Shown: one piece after another, positions 54,404 to 64,000 of the stretch
How positions within the stretch are numbered: position 1 is the first letter of the stretch
Layout: every line of letters begins with the position of its first letter
Origin: Auanema rhodensis
Taxonomy: Eukaryota > Animalia > Nematoda
Reading direction: 5' to 3'
Length of the DNA stretch: 64,000 nt
Assembly (NCBI GenBank): GCA_964057225.1
Contig: OZ059899.1
Location: 20,832,001 to 20,896,000, forward strand
Notes under the pieces: model-generated
Databases searched by the model: none
What the model was told of the DNA's origin: nothing
What the model saw: only the letters and a program-made list of their open reading frames with translations
Translations under genes and position numbers: made by a program

Positions 54404-57400
54404 TTTTTGTCAAAATGTTTTTGGAAGCAATGTTGAGTGTACATGGAAACTCAACATACACTAATGCATCATTTTTCAAACGATCATAACTAATTATTGT
54501 ATCAAGCGTTTCTCGATGTAATATAGTGCATTCGATGCGGATTTTTAAGTTGCGTCGATCTGTGTTATCAGATTTGCGCTAGCTTAAAAATGCACCTAGA
54601 TATCAACTGATATAAGTTCACACTTATATCCTCGATTTTCACCCTGAAGAATTAATTTTTTCGTTGAATAACATTGTCCATCGTCTTTGCCTTGAAAAAA
54701 GGAATCTAAAAACATCTACTTTTTGCTAAATTATTTTGAAATTTTTCGAAAAAAATTTTGTCAAAATGTTTTTGGAAGCAATGTTGAGTGTACATGGAAA
54801 CTCAACATACACTAAGGCATCATTTTTCAAACGATCATAACTAATTTTTGTATCAAGCGTTTCTCAATGTAATATAGTGCATTCGATGCGGATTTTTAAG
54901 TTGCGTCGATCTGTGTTATCAGATTTGCGCTAGCTTAAAAATGCACCTAGATATCAACTGATATAAGTTCACACTTATATCCTCGATTTTCACCCTGAAG
55001 AATTAATTTTTTCGTTGATTAACATTGTCCATCGTCTTTGCCTTGAAAAAAGGAATCTAAAAACATCTACTTTTTGCTAAATTATGTTGAAATTTTTCGA
55101 AAAAATTTTTGTCAAAATGTTTTTGGAAGCAATGTTGAGTGTACATGGAAACTCAACATACACTAATGCATCATTTTTCAAACGATCATAACTAATTTTT
55201 GTATTAAGCGTTTCTCAATGTAGTATAGTGCATTCGATGCGGATTTTTAAGCTGCGTCGATCTGTGTTATCAGATTTGCGCTAGCTTAAAAATGCACCGA
55301 GATATCAACTTATATAAGTTCACACATATATCCTCGATTTTCACCCTGAAGAATTAATTTTTTCGTTGAATAACGTTGTCCATCGTCTTTGCCTTGAAAA
55401 AAAGAATCTAAAAACATCTAATTTTTGCTAAATTATTTTGAAATTTTTCGAAAAAATTTTTGTCAAAATGTTTTTGGAAGCAATGTTGAGTGTACATGGA
55501 AACTCAACATACACTAATGCATCATTTTTCAAACGATCATAACTAATTTTTCTATTGAGCGTTTCTCATTGTAGTATAGTGCATTCGATGCGGATTTTTA
55601 AGCTGCGTCGATCTGTGTTATCAGATTTGCGCTAGCTTAAAAATGCACCGAGATATCAACTTATATAAGTTCACACATATATCCTCGATTTTCACCCTGA
55701 AGAATTAATTTTTTCGTTGAATAACGTTGTCCATCGTCTTTGCCTTGAAAAAAGGAATCTAAAAACATCTAATTTTTGCTAAATTTTTTTGAAATTTTTC
55801 GAAAAAATTTTTGTCAAAATGTTTTTGGAAGCAATGTTGAGTGTACATGGAAACTCAACATACACTAATGCATCATTTTTCAAACGATCATAACTAATTA
55901 TTGTATCAAGCGTTTCTCAATGTAATATAGTGCATTCGATGCGGATTTTTAAGTTGCGTCGATCTGTGTTATCAGATTTGCGCTAGCTTAAAAATGCACC
56001 TAGATATCAACTGATATAAGTTCACACTTATATCCTCGATTTTCACCCTGAAGAATTAATTTTTTCGTTGATTAACATTGTCCATCGTCTTTGCCTTGAA
56101 AAAAGGAATCTAAAAACATCTACTTTTTGCTAAATTATTTTGAAATTTTTCGAAAAAATTTTTGTCAAAATGTTTTTGGAAGCAATGTTGAGTGTACATG
56201 GAAACTCAACATACACTAATGCATCATTTTTCAAACGATCATAACTAATTATTGTATCAAGCTTTTCTCAATGTAATATAGTGCATTCGATGCGGATTTT
56301 TAAGTTGCGTCGATCTGTGTTATCAGATTTGCGCTAGCTTAAAAATGCACCTAGATATCAACTGATATAAGTTCACACTTATATCCTCGATTTTCACCCT
56401 GAAGAATTAATTTTTTCGTTGAATAACATTGTCCATCGTCTTTGCCTTGAAAAAAGAAATCTAAAAACATCTACTTTTTGCTAAATTATTTTGAAATTTT
56501 TCGAAAAAATTTTTGTCAAAATGTTTTTGGAAGCAATGTTGAGTGTACATGGAAACTCAACATACACTAATGCATCATTTTTCAAACGATCATAACTAAT
56601 TATTGTATCAAGCGTTTCTCAATGTAATATAGTGCATTCGATGCGGATTTTTAAGTTGCGTCGATCTGTGTTATCAGATTTGCGCTAGCTTAAAAATGCA
56701 CCTAGATATCAACTGATATAAGTTCACACTTATATCCTCGATTTTCACCCTGAAGAATTAATTTTTTCGTTGATTAACATTGTCCATCGTCTTTGCCTTG
56801 AAAAAAGGAATCTAAAAACATCTACTTTTCGCTAAATTATGTTGAAATTTTTCGAAAAAATTTTTGTCAAAATGTTTTTGGAAGCAATGTTGAGTGTACA
56901 TGGAAACTCAACATACACTAATGCATCATTTTTCAAACGATCATAACTAATTTTTGTATTAAGCGTTTCCCAATGAAGTATAGTGCATTCGATGCGGATT
57001 TTTAAGCTGCGTCGATCTGTGTTATCAGATTTGCGCTAGCTTAGAAATGCACCGAGATATCAACTGATATAAGTTCACACTTATATCCTCGATTTTCACC
57101 CTGAAGAATTAATTTTTTCGTTGAATAACATTGTCCATCGTCTTTGCCTTGAAAAAAGGAATCTAAAAACATCTACTTTTTGCTAAATTATTTTGAAATT
57201 GTTCGAAAAAATTTTTGTCAAAATGTTTTTGGAAGCAATGTTGAGTGTACATGGAAACTCAACATACACTAATGCATCATTTTTCAAACGATCATAACTA
57301 ATTTTTGTATTAAGCGTTTCTCAATGTAATATAGTGCATTCGATGCGGATTTTTAAGCTGCGTCGATCTGTGTTATCAGATTTGCGCTAGCTTAAAAATG

Positions 57401-60400
57401 CACCGAGATATCAACTGATATAAGTTCACACTTATATCCTCGATTTTCACCCTGAAGAATTAATTTTTTCGTTGAATAACATTGTCCATCGTCTTTGCCT
57501 TGAAAAAAGAAATCTGAAAACATCTACTTTTTGCTAAATTATTTTGAAATTTTTCGAAAAAATTTTTGTCAAAATGTTTTTGGAAGCAATGTTGAGTGTA
57601 CATGGAAACTCAACATACACTAATGCATCATTTTTCAAACGATCATAACTAATTTTTGTATTAACCGTTTCTCAATGTAGTATAGTGCATTCGATGCGGA
57701 TTTTTAAGCTGCGTCGATCTGTGTTATCAGATTTGCGCTAGCTTAAAAATGCACCTAGATATCAACTGATATAAGTTCACACTTATATCCTCGATTTTCA
57801 CCCTGAAGAATTAATTTTTTCGTTGATTAACATTGTCCATCGTCTTTGCCTCGAAAAAAGGAATCTAAAAACATCTACGTTTCGCTAAATTATTTTGAAA
57901 TTTTTCGAAAAAATTTTTGTCAAAATGTTTTTGGAAGCAATGTTGAGTGTACATGGAAACTCAACATACACTAATGCATCATTTTTCAAACGATCATAAC
58001 TAATTTTTGTATTAACCGTTTCTCAATGTAGTATAGTGCATTCGATGCGGATTTTTAAGCTGCGTCGATCTGTGTTATCAGATTTGCGCTAGCTTAAAAA
58101 TGCACCTAGATATCAACTGATATAAGTTCACACTTATATCCTCGATTTTCACCCTGAAGAATTAATTTTTTCGTTGAATAACATTGTCCATCGTCTTTGC
58201 CTTGATAAAAGGAATCTAAAAACATCTACTTTTTGCTAAATTATTTTGAAATTTTTCGAAAAAATTTTTGTCAAAATGTTTTTGGAAGCAATGTTGAGTG
58301 TACATGGAAACTCAACATACACTAATGCATCATTTTTCAAACGATCATAACTAATTTTTGTATTAAGCGTTTCTCAATGTAGTATAGTGCTTTCGATGCG
58401 GATTTTTAAGCTGCGTCGATCTGTGTTATCAGATTTGCGCTAGCTTAAAAATGCACCTAGATATCAACTGATATAAGTTCACACTTATATCCTCGATTTT
58501 CACCCTGAAGAATTAATTTTTTCGTTGATTAACATTGTCCATCGTCTTTGCCTTGAGAAAAGGAATCTAAAAACATCTACTTTTTGCTAAATTATGTTGA
58601 AATTTTTCGAAAAAATTTTTGTCAAAATGTTTTTGGAAGCAATGTTGAGTGTACATGGAAACTCAACATACACTAATGCATCATTTTTCAAACGATCATA
58701 ACTAATTTTTGTATTAAGCGTTTCTCAATGTAGTATAGTGCATTCGATGCGGATTTTTAAGCTGCGTCGATCTGTGTTATCAGATTTGCGCTAGCTTAAA
58801 AATGCACCGAGATATCAACTGATATAAGTTCACACTTATATCCTCGATTTTCACCCTGAAGAATTAATTTTTTCGTTGAATAACATTGTCCATCGTCTTT
58901 GCCTTGAAAAAAGAACTCTAAAAACATCTACTTTTTGCTAAATTATTTTGAAATTTTTCGAAAAAATTTTTGTCAGAATGTTTTTGGAAGCAATGTTGAG
59001 TGTACATGGAAACTCAACATACACTAATGCATCATTTTTCAAACGATCATAACTAATTTTTGTATTAACCGTTTCTCAATGTAGTATAGTGCATTCGATG
59101 CGGATTTTTAAGCTGCGTCGATCTGTGTTATCAGATTTGCGCTAGCTTAAAAATGCACCTAGATATCAACTGATATAAGTTCACACTTATATCCTCGATT
59201 TTCACCCTGAAGAATTAATTTTTTCGTTGAATAACATTGTCCATCGTCTTTGCCTCGAAAAAAGGAATCTAAAAACATCTACGTTTCGCTAAATTATTTT
59301 GAAATTTTTCGAAAAAAGTTTTGTCAAAATGTTTTTGGAAGCAATGTTGAGTGTACATGGAAACTCAACATAAACTAATGCATCATTTTTCAAACGATCA
59401 TAACTAATTTTTGTATTAACCGTTTCTCAATGTAGTATAGTGCATTCGATGCGGATTTTTAAGCTGCGTCGATCTGTGTTATCAGATTTGCGCTAGCTTA
59501 AAAATGCACCTAGATATCAACTGATATAAGTTCACACTTATATCCTCGATTTTCACCCTGAAGAATTAATTTTTTCGTTGAATAACATTGTCCATCGTCT
59601 TTGCCTCGAAAAAAGAAATCTAAAAACATCTACGTTTCGCTAAATTATTTTGAAATTTTTCGAAAAAAGTTTTGTCAAAATGTTTTTGGAAGCAATGTTG
59701 AGTGTACATGGAAACTCAACATACACTAATGCATCATTTTTCAAACGATCATAACTAATTTTTGTATTAACCGTTTCTCAATGTAGTATAGTGCATTTGA
59801 TGCGGATTTTTAAGCTGCGTCGATCTGTGTTATCAGATTTGCGCTAGCTTAAAAATGCACCTAGATATCAACTGATATAAGTTCACACTTATATCCTCGA
59901 TTTTCACCCTGAAGAATTAATTTTTTCGTTGAATAACATTGTCCATCGTCTTTGCCTTGATAAAAGGAATCTAAAAACATCTACTTTTTGCTAAATTATT
60001 TTGAAATTTTTCGAAAAAATTTTTGTCAAAATGTTTTTGGAAGCAATGTTGAGTGTACATGGAAACTCAACATACACTAATGCATCATTTTTCAAACGAT
60101 CATAACTAATTTTTGTATTAAGCGTTTCTCATTGTAGTATAGTGCATTCGATGCGGATTTTTAAGTTGCGTCGATCTGTGTTATCAGATTTGCGCTAGCT
60201 TAAAAATGCACCTAGATATCAACTGATATAAGTTCACACTTATATCCTCGATTTTCACCCTGAAGAATTAATTTTTTCGTTGATTAACATTGTCCATCGT
60301 CTTTGCCTTGAAAAAAGGAATCTAAAAACATCTACTTTTCGCTAAATTATGTTGAAATTTTTCGAAAAAATTTTTGTCAAAATGTTTTTGGAAGCAATGT

Positions 60401-63400
60401 TGAGTGTACATGGAAACTCAACATACACTAATGCATCATTTTTCGAACGATCATAACTAATTTTTGTATTAAGCGTTTCTCATTGTAGTATAGTGCATTC
60501 GATGCGGATTTTTAAGTTGCGTCGATCTGTGTTATCAGATTTGCGCTAGCTTAAAAATGCACCTAGATATCAACTGATATAAGTTCACACTTATATCCTC
60601 GATTTTCACCCTGAAGAATTAATTTTTTCGTTGATTAACATTGTCCATCGTCTTTGCCTTGAAAGAAGGAATCTAAAAACATCTACTTTTCGCTAAATTA
60701 TGTTGAAATTTTTCGAAAAAATTTTTGTCAAAATGTTTTTGGAAGCAATGTTGAGTGTACATGGAAACTCAACATACACTAATGCATCATTTTTCAAACG
60801 ATCATAACTAATTTTTGTATTAAGCGTTTCCCAATGAAGTATAGTGCATTCGATGCGGATTTTTAAGCTGCGTCGATCTGTGTTATCAGATTTGCGCTAG
60901 CTTAGAAATGCTCCGAGATATCAACTGATATAAGTTCACACTTATATCCTCGATTTTCACCCTGAAGAATTAATTTTTTCGTTGAATAACATTGTCCATC
61001 GTCTTTGCCTTGAAAAAAGGAATCTAAAAACATCTACTTTTTGCTAAATTATTTTGAAATTGTTCGAAAAAATTTTTGTCAAAATGTTTTTGGAAGCAAT
61101 GTTGAGTGTACATGGAAACTCAACATACACTAATGCATCATTTTTCAAACGATCATAACTAATTTTTGTATTAAGCGTTTCTCAATGTAATATAGTGCAT
61201 TCGATGCGGATTTTTAAGCTGCGTCGATCTGTGTTATCAGATTTGCGCTAGCTTAAAAATGCACCGAGATATCAACTGATATAAGTTCACACTTATATCC
61301 TCGATTTTCACCCTGAAGAATTAATTTTTTCGTTGATTAACATTGTCCATCGTCTTTGCCTCGAAAAAAGGAATCTAAAAACATCTACGTTTCGCTAAAT
61401 TATTTTGAAATTTTTCGAAAAAATTTTTGTCAAAATGTTTTTGGAAGCAATGTTGAGTGTACATGGAAACTCAACATACACTAATGCATCATTTTTCAAA
61501 CGATCATAACTAATTTTTGTATTAACCGTTTCTCAATGTAGTATAGTGCATTCGATGCGGATTTTTAAGCTGCGTCGATCTGTGTTATCAGATTTGCGCT
61601 AGCTTAAAAATGCACCTAGATATCAACTGATATAAGTTCACACTTATATCCTCGATTTTCACCCTGAAGAATTAATTTTTTCGTTGAATAACATTGTCCA
61701 TCGTCTTTGCCTTGATAAAAGGAATCTAAAAACATCTACTTTTTGCTAAATTATTTTGAAATTTTTCGAAAAAATTTTTGTCAAAATGTTTTTGGAAGCA
61801 ATGTTGAGTGTACATGGAAACTCAACATACACTAATGCATCATTTTTCAAACGATCATAACTAATTTTTGTATTAACCGTTTCTCAATGTAGTATAGTGC
61901 ATTCGATGCGGATTTTTAAGCTGCGTCGATCTGTGTTATCAGATTTGCGCTAGCTTAAAAATGCACCTAGATATCAACTGATATAAGTTCACACTTATAT
62001 CCTCGATTTTCACCCTGAAGAATTAATTTTTTCGTTGAATAACATTGTCCATCGTCTTTGCCTCGAAAAAAGGAATCTAAAAACATCTACGTTTCGCTAA
62101 ATTATTTTGAAATTTTTCGAAAAAATTTTTGTCAAAATGTTTTTGGAAGCAATGTTGAGTGTACATGGAAACTCAACATACACTAATGCATCATTTTTCA
62201 AACGATCATAACTAATTTTTGTATTAACCGTTTCTCAATGTAGTATAGTGCATTCGATGCGGATTTTTAAGCTGCGTCGATCTGTGTTATCAGATTTGCG
62301 CTAGCTTAAAAATGCACCTAGATATCAACTGATATAAGTTCACACTTATATCCTCGATTTTCACCCTGAAGAATTAATTTTTTCGTTGAATAACATTGTC
62401 CATCGTCTTTGCCTTGATAAAAGGAATCTAAAAACATCTACTTTTTGCTAAATTATTTTGAAATTTTTCGAAAAAATTTTTGTCAAAATGTTTTTGGAAG
62501 CAATGTTGAGTGTACATGGAAACTCAACATACACTAATGCATCATTTTTCAAACGATCATAACTAATTTTTGTATTAAGCGTTTCTCATTGTAGTATAGT
62601 GCATTCGATGCGGATTTTTAAGCTGCGTCGATCTGTGTTATCAGATTTGCGCTAGCTTAAAAATGCACCTAGATATCAACTGATATAAGTTCACACTTAT
62701 ATCCTCGATTTTCACCCTGAAGAATTAATTTTTTCGTTGATTAACATTGTCCATCGTCTTTGCCTCGAAAAAAGGAATCTAAAAACATCTACGTTTCGCT
62801 AAATTATTTTGAAATTTTTCGAAAAAATTTTTGTCAAAATGTTTTTGGAAGCAATGTTGAGTGTACATGGAAACTCAACATACACTAATGCATCATTTTT
62901 CAAACGATCATAACTAATTTTTGTATTAACCGTTTCTCAATGTAGTATAGTGCATTCGATGCGGATTTTTAAGCTGCGTCGATCTGTGTTATCAGATTTG
63001 CGCTAGCTTAAAAATGCACCTAGATATCAACTGATATAAGTTCACACTTATATCCTCGATTTTCACCCTGAAGAATTAATTTTTTCGTTGAATAACATTG
63101 TCCATCGTCTTTGCCTTGATAAAAGGAATCTAAAAACATCTACTTTTTGCTAAATTATTTTGAAATTTTTCGAAAAAATTTTTGTCAAAATGTTTTTGGA
63201 AGCAATGTTGAGTGTACATGGAAACTCAACATACACTAATGCATCATTTTTCAAACGATCATAACTAATTTTTGTATTAACCGTTTCTCAATGTAGTATA
63301 GTGCATTCGATGCGGATTTTTAAGCTGCGTCGATCTGTGTTATCAGATTTGCGCTAGCTTAAAAATGCACCTAGATATCAACTGATATAAGTTCACACTT

Positions 63401-64000
63401 ATATCCTCGATTTTCACCCTGAAGAATTAATTTTTTCGTTGAATAACATTGTCCATCGTCTTTGCCTCGAAAAAAGGAATATAAAAACATCTACGTTTCG
63501 CTAAATTATTTTGAAATTTTTCGAAAAAATTTTTGTCAAAATGTTTTTGGAAGCAATGTTGAGTGTACATGGAAACTCAACATACACTAATGCATCATTT
63601 TTCAAACGATCATAACTAATTTTTGTATTAACCGTTTCTCAATGTAGTATAGTGCATTCGATGCGGATTTTTAAGCTGCGTCGATCTGTGTTATCAGATT
63701 TGCGCTAGCTTAAAAATGCACCTAGATATCAACTGATATAAGTTCACACTTATATCCTCGATTTTCACCCTGAAGAATTAATTTTTTCGTTGAATAACAT
63801 TGTCCATCGTCTTTGCCTTGATAAAAGGAATCTAAAAACATCTACTTTTTGCTAAATTATTTTGAAATTTTTCGAAAAAATTTTTGTCAAAATGTTTTTG
63901 GAAGCAATGTTGAGTGTACATGGAAACTCAACATACACTAATGCATCATTTTTCAAACGATCATAACTAATTTTTGTATTAAGCGTTTCTCATTGTAGTA
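54402..64000 (-). repeat. Reverse-oriented arm (domain D, C-related), ~27 monomers
   Basis: From 54,402 the sequence is the reverse complement of the monomer (GTTGAGTGTACATGGAAACTCAACATACAC at a 351-bp period). It carries the C-type TTTTTTCGAAAAA and TTTAGC markers plus a frequent private variant, GCACCTAGATATC. Confidence 0.98.
61300..64000 (-). repeat. Dimeric (702-bp) higher-order repeat with 1404-bp super-period in the inverted arm
   Basis: Monomers with GCCTCGAAAAA...CTACGTTTCGCT (~61,360, 62,060, 62,765, 63,465) alternate strictly with monomers carrying GCCTTGATAAAA (~61,710, 62,415, 63,115, 63,820). GATTAAC sits at 61,335 and 62,739, and CTCATTGTAG at 62,585 and 63,989. Confidence 0.85.

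Larger units (their letters stand above)
1..64000. repeat. Tandem satellite DNA array, 351-bp monomer, ~182 copies, running off both window edges
   Basis: The same sequence recurs every 351 bp (ORF-track starts 271, 622, 973, 1324...). Monomers differ by only a few substitutions and no unique sequence interrupts the array. About 33% GC (116/351 in bases 1-351). Confidence 0.99.

Noticed and set aside
54343-54411. Inversion as a fold-back sequencing chimera or transposon insertion site
   Set aside because: The arms differ at several diagnostic sites immediately beside the junction, so it is not a mirror read. There is no foreign sequence or target-site duplication. A scaffolding mis-join still needs a read-level check.
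1-64000. CRISPR array or other repeat-spacer system
   Set aside because: There are no unique spacers: the sequence between the palindromes is itself repeated. No cas-like ORF is present.

Overview
The whole 64-kb window is one tandem satellite DNA array. It has a 351-bp, AT-rich monomer (about 33% GC by hand count of bases 1-351) repeated about 182 times. No genes, transposon ORFs, CRISPR spacers or unique sequence were found, and the repeated 62/63/89-aa ORFs are by-products of the repeat. The array is structured. (1) There are three consecutive same-orientation subfamily domains: A (1 to ~27.6 kb), B (~27.7 to 37.4 kb) and C (~37.4 to 54.4 kb). The A/B switch is abrupt and in register, while the B/C transition is a chimeric BBCC 4-mer repeated three times. 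(2) A clean orientation inversion at 54,402-54,403 leaves a 59-bp spacer between inverted arms. After it, about 27 reverse-oriented, C-related monomers carry their own private variants. (3) Many short, local higher-order repeats and block duplications occur at periods of 2, 3, 4, 6, 7, 8, 9 and 11 monomers. (4) Each monomer is a chain of dyad symmetries: a 9-bp stem with a GNRA-type loop, a 67-nt long hairpin, a near-invariant 9-bp stem-loop, and a hypervariable A/T-tract subrepeat where the large deletion and one inversion breakpoint fall. The source is most plausibly eukaryotic (peri)centromeric or heterochromatic DNA with little CpG decay; this is inference, and I cannot name the species or satellite family. 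All variant calls were made by eye.
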